A stretch of DNA of 64,000 nucleotides. Source: Macrostomum hystrix (lineage: Eukaryota > Animalia > Platyhelminthes). The position numbers and the translations under genes were made by a program. A model generated the notes under the pieces. The model searched no databases, was not told the origin of the DNA, and saw only the letters and a list, made by a program, of their open reading frames with translations. Shown here one piece after another: positions 22,251 through 36,604 of this stretch. The stretch spans positions 496,001-560,000 of the forward strand of contig CATNEN010000005.1 in assembly GCA_950097015.1 (NCBI GenBank), written 5' to 3'. The stretch's first letter is position 1, and each line of letters starts with the position of its first letter.

Positions 22251-24444
22251 ACCAAGTCTGAAACGGATTAATCATTATCTATCAACGTTTTTCTTACGAA
22301 TTTTCTTTTTACTTAAAAATCCAATGAGAAAATATCAAGTAAAAATAAATTCGATATTTTACAAATCAAAATGTCTTGGATTACGCAAAAAATAATCACA
22401 ATAAAATGATTCTTCGAGTTGCGAAGGTGCGAATGTTTTGTTAGGTGAGCTGAATTGCGCTTTAGGGTAATTTACAGTGATGATGTTGTTTAAGTGTTCC
22501 GCGCAACACTGATTTAGGCGCGGAAAAGCGATGACGGTATGGACAGAATTCTAGTCGCAAAGAGAAGGACCTTATCCCATATAATTATACATACAAATTC
22601 TATAACCTGAAGATTCGTGAATGGCGTTAGAGCGACCGACCGAATCGCGTGTGTACGCTTCTTATAGGGGCTTTTTATCCCAGGATTATAATCCCAGCAG
22701 TATGGCTGAGCCGCAAAAGGCCTTCTTGAAGAAGTCTCTGAGAGATGGAAAGCAGATGAAGCAGACGAGGGACAAGCAGATTAACCAACTGCATGCTTTG
22801 GTTACTAAGAGGATAAAAGGGGCTCGGGAAATTCTCCTCGACCGACAGCTATTAGCTCGCTTAAAATATTTTAAGAATCTTTTGAAATATTCAATCAGAT
22901 TTAGAAAATACATGCAGCTAATAATATATATTTATATTGATTCGCTTCGATTTGGCCCAGTTACTCGTACATTTCTTTTGTTGACAGTTTAAATGTTTAA
23001 TTATTATTTTAAACTGATGTTATTTAATTTAATTAATGTTAAATTTTTCATTATTTTTGTTTTTTTTACTTTTATTTTTGTAATTGTTTCGTTTGTGTTT
23101 AAAGTTGCTTGTAATTTTATTTGAATTTTAACAAAAAGTGACTTGTAAAAAACATCTTTTTTGGTCCAAAATTTCATATGCAATTATTTTTATAAAGCAT
23201 AATATTAGCTTTTTGCTTAAATTTAATAAAAACTTCCTCTCGCCTTTTGTCGCTAACGTAATGATTTTATTCAGCATTGAACGAATTTAAATTTTTCAAT
23301 AAGTCAATATAGAACATTTAACTTCGTATTCTTGAGTCTATTCTCAATCGTATTAGAAAAGCCTGACATTTGACGATTAATTCTTAGCCTTGTGTCTCTC
23401 TCCCCCCAGCGACTTAATTTTGTTATTTCCTTAAATCAGAATAATTATGGCATTATGGCAGCATGAGGATTGTATATAAAGCCGGAAGATAATCATAATG
23501 GATAGGAGAGGTGAATATGTGACTCATTGTCGTGAGAATGTCGGGGTTGAGAATGTGCGAAGTAATAAACTAGCAGAGCTTTAATTTCGGTCGTTCATTC
23601 AGAATTTCCGGTTTGGCCAAAGCTACGTCCTTAAGACTCAATTGAGAATATTGGCTTTATAAATAGCTATATAGATCAAGCGCTTTGTTGTTGACAAATG
23701 AAAAATGCCAGATTTTAAGCGTCGAATAATTTGGCTAGATAGATTTGAAAAAACAGGGATTCTGGAAGATATGACGTACGGGAATAGAAAAACATGCAGT
23801 GATTTTGGGTGTAAGGATATTTGTCATTCTGATGGACCTTTTTTAGATTTTTTTAAAAGATGCTTGGAATTAAATTCTCCTAGCTCTACAATTCACCCCG
23901 GAACAAGGCAGATAAAAATATAATCCGCAAATAGGGATGATTTTTTTCTGGAATCTTAAACCTTTTTTTGAAGAAAAAAATTAGTATTTTCTAGTTAATA
24001 GATGACATGCAGGACCTAAAGTGAAAAATGAGATTCTTAGAAGCCTAGCGTGGCTCAAATTAACACGCCAGATAGATTTAGCAACAGTCTGTATTCAGTC
24101 TAAAATTTCTCGCATATGCCCGAGCATTGAAGCTGGAAAATGGTGCAGATTTTTCTTCTTCATCTTTTTTTAATCTGCCCTGATCTCAAAATTTTACTTA
24201 TCTTCAAATACGTTCGGCAGTGCGGAAATTAAAGAATTGGCGCGCGACCTGGACTGTCTCTCCTAGGCTTCGCTATGCTGCATATCCCATATAGAAATTT
24301 TACAATGAAAAATGTCAGGGCTAGCTAGACTCTGAAAAGCTTTCCAGGAAATTACTTTTCCAATAGACAAAACATGAGCAAATAGACAAAGGATTTTAGA
24401 CACGTTAAGGCTAGTTCGTAATAATTTACCATAGTATAGACAAG

Positions 24445-25410
24445 GACTTCCAAATCCTTCAGGTGTTTGGCGCTAACCCCTTCCCAATCCTTCAGGTGTT
24501 TGGCGCTAACTCCTTCCCAATCCTTCAGGTGTTTGGCGCTAACTCCTTCCCAATCCTTCAGGTGTTTGGCGCTAACCCATTTCCAATCCTTCAGGTGTTT
24601 GGCGCTAACCCCTTCCAAATCCTTCAGGTGTTTGGCGCTAACCCCTTCCCAATCCTTCAGGTGTTTGGCGCTAACTCCTTCCCAATCCTTCAGGTGTTTG
24701 GCGCCAACCCCTTCCAAATCCTTCAGGTGTTTGGCGCTAACCCCTTCCCAATCCTTCAGGTGTTTGGCGCTAACTCCTTCCCAATCCTTCAGGTGTTTGG
24801 CGCTAACTCCTTCCCAATCCTTCAGGTGTTTGGCGCTAACCCATTTCCAATCCTTCAGGTGTTTGGCGCTAACCCCTTCCCAATCCTTCAGGTGTTTGGC
24901 GCTAACCCCTTCCCAATCCTTCAGGTGTTTGGCGCTAACTCCTTCCCAATCCTTCAGGTGTTTGGCGCTAACCCCTTCCCAATCCTTCAGGTGTTTGGCG
25001 CTAACTCCTTCCCAATCCTTCAGGTGTTTGGCGCCAACCCCTTCCAAATCCTTCAGGTGTTTGGCGCTAACCCCTTCCCAATCCTTCAGGTGTTTGGCGC
25101 TAACTCCTTCCCAATCCTTCAGGTGTTTGGCGCTAACTCCTTCCCAATCCTTCAGGTGTTTGGCGCTAACCCATTTCCAATCCTTCAGGTGTTTGGCGCT
25201 AACCCCTTCCCAATCCTTCAGGTGTTTGGCGCTAACCCCTTCCCAATCCTTCAGGTGTTTGGCGCTAACTCCTTCCCAATCCTTCAGGTGTTTGGCGCTA
25301 ACCCCTTCCCAATCCTTCAGGTGTTTGGCGCTAACTCCTTCCCAATCCTTCAGGTGTTTGGCGCCAACCCCTTCCCAATACTTCAGGTGTTTGGCGCCAA
25401 ACCCTTTCCA
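24445..25410. repeat. 33-bp minisatellite (CCAATCCTTCAGGTGTTTGGCGCTAACCCCTTC)
   Basis: Direct repetition with recurring variant order; 11-aa ORF period. Confidence 0.95.
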
Positions 25411-26474
25411 ATGCTGCATATACTAGAAGCATTGGAAAGCATAAAGCACACTAGACTTTCCTATGAAATGAATTCTATAGTTTAGACAGGTAGGAATAAT
25501 TAAAGAACTTACCGAAAAATAGCAATTCTCAGAAAACACCTGGCTTTGTTAATCTAGTTTTTTTACTTTTTATGGTGAATAGAAATCGTAAAAAAATTAA
25601 TTTCGTTTCTTCCCTACGTGGAGAAAAATGTTACGGTTATGGTTTCTGGGAGGACATATAGGCACACAGAGTGAGTATTATAGGTAAAGGGTGAATTCCT
25701 TCATCAGAATCCCATCCGTTTGGGGAAGAGGATTGTGGGATAATCTGCCCGCACCAATTCTGCAATTGGCTGTTCGTTGAACCAAACTACGAATGGGGAT
25801 CGAGAGGGAGAGAGAGAGAGAGAGGTGCAGGGTGTGCTATGTTTGGCCGCCTCATCTCTTTCTGCGCTTCATGTTGGGCATTGTGTGAGCAATTAGGTTT
25901 TCTCGAGGCACAGATTTATTTTGTCTATATTTTGTCGGCCTTTTAATGAGCTCTAGACAACTGCTGCTTCTGCTGCTGCTGTTGTTGCCACTTCTGGCGA
26001 GAAAAAGTTTTATTTCTCATCAGTAAGCCGTGTGTGTTTTTTCACACTTTGAAGTTGCGAATACAAAGCTGCAGAAAGGCTGAACAAAGATTGCTACAGC
26101 CTACAGAAGGATATTGAATTTGACTTAATTATCGTAGGAGTCTGCTTTTAGGAGAAGAATTTCTGTAGCTTGGTCAAGACGCGGGAAGGCCTATAGTAGC
26201 TTTGTCTGTTTATGGTTTCATTATCCTCTGGGGGATTCAAACTGGCTTCTCGATCCAGTCTATGCTCAGAGGCCTACCTTTGCAAACTAATTAGTGTCAC
26301 GAGCAAATTCTGCGTCTTTCGAAGAAAATTAACAGATTCGCAGATTATAAAATGAGCTCGTAAATTTCGAATCTGTTTTCCATGGAAGCAACTTTTTAGC
26401 AGTGATTGCTGCTGATTAAAAAAAACAAATATTTCTGTGTTCAAATTTTAGCTTAGAAAAACGGTCTATAAGAA

Positions 26475-28368
26475 ATCTCTTCTCACCCGAATCTAATCTA
26501 ACCCGAATCTTATCTCACCTTTCTCACCAAATCTCAAATCACCCGAATCCCATCTTTTCCAAATCTTATCTCACCTGAATCTAATCTCACCCAAATCTCA
26601 TCTCACCCGAATCTCATCTCATCCAAATATTATATCACCCGAATCTCATCTCATCCAAATCTTATCTCACCCGAATCTTATCTCACCCGAATCTCATCTC
26701 ATCCAAATATTATATCACCCGAATCTCATCTCATCCAAATCTTATCTCACCCAAATCTCATTTCACCCGAATCTCATCTCATCCAAATATTATATCACCC
26801 GAATCTCATCTCATCCAAATCTCATCTCACCCGAATCTTATATCACCCGAATCTTATCTCATCAAAATTTTATCTCATCCAAATCTTATATCACCCGAAT
26901 CTTATCTCACCCAAATCTTATCTCACATGAATCTCATCTCATCCAAATCTTATCTCACCCGAATCTCATCTCATCCAAATCTTATATCACCCGAATCTTA
27001 TCTCATCCAAATCTTATATCACCCGAATCTTATCTCACCCGAATCTTATCTCATCCGAATCTCATCTCACCCAAATCTTATATCACCCGAATCTCATCTC
27101 ATCCAAATCTTATCTCATCCGAATCTTATCTCATCCAAATCTCATCTCATCCAAATCTTATCTCACCCGAATCTTATCTCATCCGAATCTCATCTCTCCC
27201 GAATCTCATCTCATCCAAATCTTATCTCACCCGAATCTTATCTCATCCAAATCTCATCTCATCCAAATCTTATATCACCCGAATCTCATCTCATCCAAAT
27301 CTTATCTCACCCGAATCTTATCTCATCCAAATCTTATCTCACCCGAATCTCATCTCATCCAAATCTTATCTCATCCAAATCTCATCTCACCCGAATCTTA
27401 TCTCATCCAAATCTTATATCACTCGAATCTCATCTCATCCAAATCTTATATCACCCGAATCTTATCTCACCCGAATCTTATCTCACCCGAATCTCATCTC
27501 ATCCAAATCTTATCTCACCCGAATCCTATATCACCCAAATCTTATCTCATCCAAATCTCATCTCATCCAAATCCTATATCACCCAAATCTTATCTCATCC
27601 AAATCTCATCTCATCCAAATCCTATATCACCCAAATCTTATCTCATCCGAATCTTATCTCACCCGAATCTCATCTCATCCAAATCTTATCTCACCCGAAT
27701 CTCATCTCATCCAAATCTTATCTCACCCGAATCTCATCTCATCCAAATCTTATCTCACCCGAATCTTATCTCATCCGAATCTCATCTCATCCAAATCCTA
27801 TATCACCCAAATCTTATCTCATCCGAATCTTATCTCACCCGAATCTCATCTCATCCAAATCTTATCTCACCCGAATCTCATCTCATCCAAATCTTATCTC
27901 ACCCGAATCTCATCTCATCCAAATCTTATCTCACCCGAATCTTATCTCATCCGAATCTCATATCATCCAAATCCTATATCACCCGAATCTTATCTCATCC
28001 GAATCTCATATCATCCAAATCCTATATCACCCGAATCTTAACTCATCCAAATCTCATATCATCCAAATCCTATATCACCCGAATCTCATCTCATCCAAAT
28101 CTTATCTCACGCGAATCTCATCTCATCCAAATCTTATCTCACCCGAATCTCATCTCATCCAAATCTTATCTCACCCGAATCTTATCTCATCCGAATCTCA
28201 TATCATCCAAATCCTATATCACCCGAATCTTATCTCATCCAAATCTTATCTCACCCGAATCTCATCTCATCCAAATCTTATCTCACCCGAATCTCATCTC
28301 ATCCAAATCTTATCTCACCCGAATCTTATCTCATCCGAATCTCATCTCACCCAAATCTTATATCACCT
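26475..28368. repeat. 16-bp minisatellite (CCGAATCTTATCTCAC / CCAAATCTCATCTCAT)
   Basis: Direct repetition over about 1.9 kb. Confidence 0.95.
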
Positions 28369-29249
28369 AAAGCGTGTACTACTTCCTGCGAAATGAAATC
28401 TCTATACTATCTACGAGCCGTAGAACTAGATTTCTAGATTTCTGTCGTTAGATTTGATACGAGCTTAAACAAATAATCAAAATATAAATCGAGTTCACAA
28501 CCGCTTTTTGTTAAAATGGTCAGTGAATGAGTCTTCTTACCGGTTCCAAAGTAATCATGCAACAAATAAGGAACTGATGAAAATTATTGCACAAATTAAA
28601 TAGCTTTGTGATTCAGTTTTTCGATCTAAGAGAAAAATTTATAAGTGAATATCGTCCCTAAGGAAATTCACTACAGAGACTATATACAATAGCAAAGATT
28701 ATAACTAAAATAGTGACATGTGAACTGTGGCTAGCGTGTTCGTGTGAGTGCAGTGTGTGTGTAAGTGTGTGTGTTCAGCACAAACTCACTCACGAATACA
28801 CAGACCCACAAGTATCCATTAAATATACTCGCGCATAGTTGACTTAATATTGAGATAGTAAGATAGAGCAGATTTGAGAACGAGTTTTCAACGAGTCAAA
28901 AAATACAATCTACGGCTCGTACGTTTGTAACAATGTTTAAATAGCGGAGCTCATAGCCAGTCATGTTCAGTTACCAGTGTCAGTCAAGATTGGATTTGAT
29001 CAAATATTTTGCCAGTCGAAATAAGTTTACTCTGCGTTTTTCATATCCGAGCAAGTAAATCTCATAGACTGTCTGTAACTAGTTATCTTACTGGCGATAG
29101 AAAGACTTTCATTTTAGTTAAAGAAAAGTCGTGTAACTAATAAATCATATATTTTGCACGAAGTTTTCATGCAACTTTAATGCTTTCTATACACTTCGTG
29201 TTCATTGCAGTGTGCAATAAAAAAGAAAGCATTGACAGTAATTTTCGTT

Positions 29250-29670
29250 AGATAAACTTCCGTTAGATTAGCATCCGTTAGATTAACAAACGTTAGATTA
29301 ACTGCCGTTAGATTAGCTTCCGTTAGATTAACTTCCGTTAGATTAGCTTCCGTTAGATTAGCTTCCGTTGGATTAACTTCCGTTGGATTAACTTCCGTGA
29401 GATTAACTTTGGTTAGATTAACTTCCCTTAGATTAGCTTCCCTTAGATTAACTTCCCTTAGATTAACTTCCGTTAGATTAGCTTCACTTAGATTAACTTC
29501 CGTTGGATTAACAAACGTTAGATAAACTTCCGTTAGATTAGCTTCCGTTAGATAAACTTCCGTTATATAAGCTTCCGCTAGATTAACTTCCGTTAGATTA
29601 GCTTCCGTTAGATTAACTTCCGTTAGATTAGCTTCCGTTAGATTAACTTCCGTTAGATTAGTTTTCGTTA
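29250..29670. repeat. 15-bp minisatellite (TTCCGTTAGATTAAC)
   Basis: Direct repetition. Confidence 0.9.
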
Positions 29671-29982
29671 GTTAATCAATTAATAAGCTTTCATTCGCAG
29701 CAATGTACGTTAAATTAACGGTCAAGTTCAATAGTTTCTCGATACATTAGTCGATCAAAAAGTCGCTTCCTGGAGTGTTTTACCGATCTCGCAAAATCAC
29801 TTTCAACAGCTAGAAAATCCCAGACCAACTGATGACAGCGTCACAATGTCTATCTATGTGTACAGGAATAATAATTCTATGCATCCTTAACACCTAATTC
29901 TAATTGAGAGGTCGAGAGTTCACATCTCAGGTAACCAAGGTAAGCAACTCGTGTCATTAGAGCGAGATACTGAATTCCCAAG

Positions 29983-30470
29983 TGCTGTGTACATTCAACT
30001 GCTGTGTACATTCAACAGCTGTGTACATTCAACAGCTGTGTACATTAAACAGCTGTGTACATTAAACAGCTGTGTACATTAAACAGCTGTGTACATTCAA
30101 CAGCTGTGTACATTCAACTGCTGTATACATTAAACAGCTGTGTACATTAAACAGCTGTGTACATTCAACAGCTGTGTACATTCAACTGCTGTATACATTC
30201 AACTGCTGTGTACATTCAACAGCTGTGTACATTCAACAGCTGTGTACATTCAACTGCTGTGTACATTCAACAGCTGTGTACATTCAACAGCTGTGTACAT
30301 TCAACAGCTGTGTACATTCAACTGCTGTGTACATTCAACAGCTGTGTACATTCAACTGCTGTGTACATTCAACTGCTGTGTACATTCAACAGCTGTGTAC
30401 ATTCAACTGCTGTGTACATTCAACTGCTGTGTACATTCAACAGCTGTGTACATTCAACTGCTGTGTGTAC
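29983..30470. repeat. 17-bp minisatellite (GCTGTGTACATTCAACA)
   Basis: Direct repetition. Confidence 0.9.
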
Positions 30471-31190
30471 AGCCATATGTATTTCTAAATGCTGAGTTTT
30501 TAGCCGTGTTCAAAGGCTGTGTGTACGGCTGTATACAGCTGTGTTACAACTGTGTGTACATCTACCAGCAGGCATTGGATTCTAACTGCAATTGCATCTC
30601 ATCTAATATCTCCCATTAACTGTCATAACAAATACAATAAAAATCAATTCAATAAAAGTGCTTGGATTAACAAGGCTGTAATCTTCAGAGTCACCATTTT
30701 CAGTTTTTATACTCGTAATTATTTTAACTTTGTCAATGCCCTCTGAGGTATCATTACAAAAGCTAAGAAATCTACTTAGATTCACATCCTAACCTCATTA
30801 TTGTAGTGGCACTCAATTTGATGACAATTTAGACTTAACTTTGCGGACTTGAAACGAAATGAAATGAAAGTTAATTACACTTGGATCCAAACGGGTCCAG
30901 ATCCCCTACGCACACTATTTATTTCATTCAATCTGTTTTCTCAAATCCGACTCAGGGGAATCTAATTTAGAATTGAACTGATTTGCCTAAGAGACAAAAT
31001 GGCAATCAAAATTGGCAAATCTCACATTCATTGCGATAGAAAGTGTGACCGGACAATGAGTATAGTTTATCAAATATTCAACAGCCAATATGCCAGTTTG
31101 GATGTGATTTTCGTTCAATTTTATAGTCTCACTGGGAGCTACAAATTGAATTCTTGAGAACGCATTTGATAAAAGCAGCTGAATATTATA

Positions 31191-32002
31191 AGGGATTCTA
31201 AATTGACCGATGGGATAGTTTTAGAAGGGATTCTGAATTGACCGATGGGATAGTTTTAGAAGGGATTCTGAATTGACCGGTGGGATAGTTTTAGAAGGGA
31301 TTCTGAATTGACCGATGGGATAATTTTTAGAAGGGATTCTGAATTGACCGATGGGATAATTTTTAGAAGGGATTCTAAATTGAACGATGGGATAATTTTA
31401 GAAGGGATTCTAAATTGACCGATGGGATAGTTTTCTAAGGGATTCTGAATTGACCGATGAGATAATTTTAGAAGGGATTCTGAATTGACCGATGAGATAA
31501 TTTTAGAAGGGATTCTAAATTGACCGATGGGATGATTTTAGAAGGGATTCTAAATTGACCGATGGGATGATTTTAGAAGGGATTCTGAATTGACCGATGG
31601 GATGATTTTAGAAGGGATTCTAAATTGACCGATGGGATGATTTTAGAAGGGATTCTGAATTGACCGATGAGATAATTTTAGAAGGGATTCTGAATTGACC
31701 GATGAGATAATTTTAGAAGGGATTCTAAATTGACCGATGAGATAATTTTAGAAGGGATTCTAAATTGACCGATGGGATAGTTTTAGAAGGGATTCTAAAT
31801 TGACCGATGGGATAGTTTTAGAAGGGATTCTAAATTGACCGATGGGATAATTTTAGAAGGGATTCTGAATTGACCGATGGTATGATTTTAGAAGGGATTC
31901 TGAATTGACCGATGGGATAACTTTAGAAGGGATTCTGAATTGACCGATGGGATAATTTTAGAAGGGATTCTGAATTGACCGATGGGATGATTTTAGATGG
32001 GA
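31191..32002. repeat. 35-bp minisatellite (GGGATTCTAAATTGACCGATGGGATAATTTTAGAA)
   Basis: Direct repetition. Confidence 0.95.
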
Positions 32003-32984
32003 TTATAATCCCAGTTAGTATTTTATGAGATTTCGTGCTCGGCGAATGTCAGTGAACTTAAAAAATTATGATAACTTTACTGGGATTGTCTCAGATTCCG
32101 TAAAGCTTGAGAAATAGACTACAGATTATAATATTTTCTGCTTGTCGTGTAGTGGAACAGTTTTTGATTAGAAAAACAACAAAACAGCTGTCAACAAAAG
32201 TACAACAAAGAAGGAATAAAGGAGTGAAATTTCAGCAGAAAGCTACGTGTATATCAAATTTTGTTCTTTGCACAACGACAAAAAATATGGGGAAAACCAT
32301 GTAGATCGCCGGGTCTGGTTGCAGCTAGGCTTAATTAGGCCCTGACTGTATGCGGAATTTCGCGTTTCTGTGCAACACAAATCTGTTGCTAGCTGATTTG
32401 AAATCTTGCAGAGGATTAGTACACTACCGTTTGGGGAGTAGAGGGAAAGGTTTGGCGTGTCAGTTGGTTTAGTTTTGTTCAGCGAAAGAAAATATTCTAC
32501 ACAATGCAAAATTTTTCTTGAAAAAAACAGTTGGAATAGCGATTGGGGAGGTGGGGAAAAATTGAGGAATCCTTTTTCGTCGCGGTGCATTTTTCTTTGG
32601 AAGTCATAGATTTCATTTTTATTCCAACCAAAACTGATGAAATCTAAAAAAACTAACATTTTCGTTGTTTTACTGCGCAGAAAAAATTAACGCAGGTTTT
32701 TTATCAGAAGTCTGCCGAACATTGTCACCTTAGCTGCGAAATTCTCGATACAAAATGTTATTCGCTGCTACTCTTTCTATACTACTGTTTCTGCCCGTAA
32801 CATAAGTAGAGCGTTTTAGATTAGTGTAAAAGAAGGAATGACTTTTAGCACCAATGTGCTCGAACCCTGAGAAAGATGGAATTTCTCGAATTGCGGAATT
32901 CCAACCAATTAGGATTCCACACAACCTCAGGATTTCATCTGAGCTCATTCTGCTAGATTTTCTCACGAATTCGGGATTTTTCCG

Positions 32985-33325
32985 AGACCTCTGGATATCC
33001 TAGGACCTCAGAATTTCCTAAGAATCTCGGGATTTCCCACGACCTCGGGATTTCCCACGACCTCGGGATTTCCCACGACCTCGGAATTTGCCACGACCTC
33101 GGATTTCCCACGACCCCGAGATTTCCCACGACTTCGGGATTTCCCATGACTTCGGGATTTCCCATGACCTCGGGATTTCCCACGACCTCGGGATTTCCCA
33201 CGACCTCGGGATTTCCCACGACCTCGGGATTTCCCATGACCTCGGGATTTCCCACGACCTCGGGATTTCCCACGACCTTGGGATTTCCCACGACCTCGGG
33301 ATTTCCCATGACTTCGGGATTTCTT
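32985..33325. repeat. 18-bp minisatellite (TCGGGATTTCCCACGACC)
   Basis: Direct repetition. Confidence 0.9.
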
Positions 33326-34019
33326 CGCTTTTAACTTTAGCTGCATTTCAATTAGTGATTTTTCGAGTAAAGTACATTTGGCTAGTTCTTATTTCTGTTC
33401 TGAATTACACAATGACCTAATTTGATTGTTCTCAGACTAGAAAGTTTTTATGACCTTGAGATTAGCCCTGAATAAAATAACTTTAACGGCATTCTAAGAT
33501 TCGAAAATGTAGGAGATTTCCCATAAAAAAATGTTTCGCATGACTAAACCCGGATCAAGCTGTCGAAAGTATTTTATCCCAACAATCTTTCCTTTCATTT
33601 TCACTTTTCATATAAGAATACATGCGTGCATTTGGAAAGATTGTAGCTCGTAAAAAATTGTACTAAAAATATTTTAAAGTTTTTTAACTTCTTCCTCGCT
33701 AACTTTGTTGGCATGCGCGAAGCTTATGCGCACTCGGTATGGACTAGCCGTGTTCATACAGTCCTGCGCTGGTCCATCATCGATTTGGTTCCGAACGAAT
33801 CCTCTCTACTATGTAGTATCCATACAATCTTATTTAAATATCTGTTCGCTATGTTTCACAGTCACATACGTCAGATGTTCTTTTTTATAGCCTTGAATCT
33901 CCACTCTCACTGTCCCAATCTCTATTCTCACCGTCCCAATTTCTACCCTCTGTATAAAAAGTTTCTAATCTCTGTGTCTTAATCTCTAATCTCACCATGT
34001 TTATGCCTAATGTCTTGTC

Positions 34020-34480
34020 ACAATCTCTAATCTCGCTTTTTCAATCTCTAATCTCACAGTCTCAATCTCTAATCTCACAGTCTCAATCTCTAGTCTCACT
34101 GTCTCAATCTCTAATCTCACAGTCTCAATCTCTAATCTCACAGTCTCAATCTCTAGTCTCACTGTCTCAATCTCTAATCTCGCTGTCTCAATCTCTAGTC
34201 TCACTGTCTCAATCTCTAATCTCACTGTCTCAATCTCTAATCTCACTGTCTCAATCTCTAGTCTCACTGTCTCAATCTCTAATCTCACTGTCTCAATCTC
34301 TAGTCTCACAGTCTCAATCTCTAATCTCGCTGTCTCAATCTCTAGTCTCACTGTCTCAATCTCTAATCTCACTGTCTCAATCTCTAATCTCACAGTCTCA
34401 ATATCTAGTCTCACTGTCTCAATCTCTAGTCTCACTCTCTCAATCTCAAATCTCACAGTCTCAATATCCAATCTCATTGT
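34020..34480. repeat. 21-bp minisatellite (GTCTCAATCTCTAATCTCACT)
   Basis: Direct repetition. Confidence 0.9.
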
Positions 34481-35239
34481 GTCTATCTGTATTCTCACAG
34501 GTCCAATCTCTATTCTCACTTTCCCTAATCTTCACTTTTATTGTCTCGATCTCCAGTCTGGACATACTTATCTTACCGATATGCGTTTTCCCTTCCCATT
34601 GTTCAGAGGTCTCACCTCCGTTCTCAAATGCGTCCCAAATGAGCTGTGGAACTGACAGATTAGATTTCCATTCTGGCCAAGTCGCATGGCAAAGTTTGCT
34701 TGAAGAAAACAAAAATCGCATTCGTCCACTAGAGGAGAGAAAGTGAAAGTCGGGCCTGCTTTGGCCAGTCGTAAAGCTTTGCTAAAAAGACGAAAATTGT
34801 CCCGGGCACTGTTTTAGTGAATTGTGGCACACACGAATCGGTTCTGAGTTCGGTTCACTGAATGCAGTCGCTTGTTTCAGAAAAAAAGAAGAAAATTGTT
34901 AAAGCCAAGAAACCTGATCGGATCTGACAGGGTGGGGTTTTGACGAGGCCAGGTCTTGCTGGGCACAATTCTATTTTGAGTTCTTTTTCTCTCTGCTCAT
35001 ACTGAGCTCATACTGAACCATGACATAGAAATACTGTTTTATAAATTAATATACATTAGCGTGCGTTACTAATAAAGTTAAAATCTCCCTGATTGTTTGA
35101 CTACATTTTCTAAACATTGTTTTGCAAATCTTACGCATTTATTTCTAGTTAATAATTTTTGTTATATTTTTTGTCTACAAAGTAGTTTGCAAATCTCTTC
35201 AGCCATTGCATTTACAATTCCTCTTGTAATTCCAGTTAC

Positions 35240-36020
35240 GATACAATCTGCGATTCCTGCTGCGATTCTAATTGCGATTCCTGCTGCGATTCCTACTGCG
35301 ATTCTAATTGCGATTCCTGCTGCGATTCCTACTGCGATTCTAATTTCGATTTCTGCTACGATTCTAATTGCGATTCCTGCTGCGATTCCTACTACGATTC
35401 TAATTGCGATTCCTGCTACGATTCTAATTGCGATTCCTGCTACGATTCTAATTGAGATTCCTGCTACGATTCCTACTGCGATTCTAATTGCGATTCCTAC
35501 TACGATTCTAATTGCGATTCCTGCTGCGATTCCTACTACGATTCTAATTGCGATTTCTGCTACAATTATATCTACCACTCTTTCTGCGATTCTATCTGCT
35601 TTTTCTGCTTCGATTCCTGCTACGATTTTAATTGCGATTCCTGCTGCGATTCCTGCTACAATTATATCTACCATTCCTTCTGCGATTCCATCTGCTATTC
35701 CTGCTTTGATTCCTGCTACGATTCTAATTCCGATTCCTGCTGCGTTTCCTACTACGATTCTAATTGCGATTTCTGCTACAATTATATCTACCACTCTTTC
35801 TGCGATTCTATCTGCTTTTTCTGCTTCGATTCCTGCTACGATTTTAATTGCGATTCCTGCTGCGATTCCTGCTACAATTATATCTACCATTCCTTCTGCG
35901 ATTCCATCTGCTATTCCTGCTTTGATTCCTGCTACGATTCTAATTCCGATTCCTGCTGCGTTTCCTACTACGATTCTAATTGCGGTTCCGTCTAGGATTA
36001 TATCTACCATTTCCTGCTAC
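35240..36020. repeat. 12/24-bp satellite (GATTCCTGCTACGATTCTAATTGC), diverged array with a 216-bp internal duplication
   Basis: Same family as 37915-39630; the block at 35535 recurs at 35751. Confidence 0.9.
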
Positions 36021-36604
36021 GATTTTTTCTGCGATGCGAGAGGCAAACCCGTTAGACGGCTGTGCCACTCAACCCTAATATAGCCAATAATAAATATTTG
36101 AACTCAAAGCCATAAACCTAGTGATGACCGGGTGACAAAAACAAAAAAGACAGCCTTAATCTTCTTCTTTCTCTACTCTATCTGTCGTTTTCGCCAAAAA
36201 AATCTTGCTTTCCTTCTATCGCGACACAGATTTTTTGACATTTCGTCCCTTTAAAAGGCTTTTTTGGGCATAGGAAAAGGCTCTAAAAACACTCCCAGGG
36301 AATCCCTACAGATTGTGATCCCGTTTCTTCATCCCCACCCAGAAACGCTGATGCAAATATTCCCAACCAAACCCTGTGCGACAGCTGACTGTAGACTCAC
36401 AGCGAGATTATCTAGGGTTGGAAGGTAGCCAAGCTTATACAGGAAGGATTTTAGTGTGACAGTCGGGAAGAAAGTGTGCTGTACGATAGCGAATGCGTCA
36501 TAAAATAAGTACATTTTATTAAAAAAAAATCAAATGTTTTCAACAAAAAAACATTTGATTTTATATTTCCCAAGAATTCTTATTTTTAGAATTGTAGTTA
36601 CAAC

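Noticed and set aside
19932-22275. 770-aa and other SHLSRVSSLPCLISPV ORFs
   Set aside because: Readings of a 16-bp tandem repeat in all three frames; no coding signal.
24352-25485. KHLKDWEGVSA / QVFGANPFPIL repeat proteins (ankyrin- or LRR-looking periodicity)
   Set aside because: A 33-bp DNA minisatellite open in several frames on both strands; no domain motif.
28730-28802. Possible miRNA-like hairpin (GTGTTCGTGTGAGT...ACTCACGAATACAC)
   Set aside because: Pairing is driven by GT/CA low-complexity sequence and interrupted; no supporting evidence.
31191-32002. CRISPR-like arrays (35-bp unit here, 37-bp unit at 45159-45930)
   Set aside because: The repeats are directly adjacent with no unique spacers, there are no cas genes, and the context is eukaryotic.
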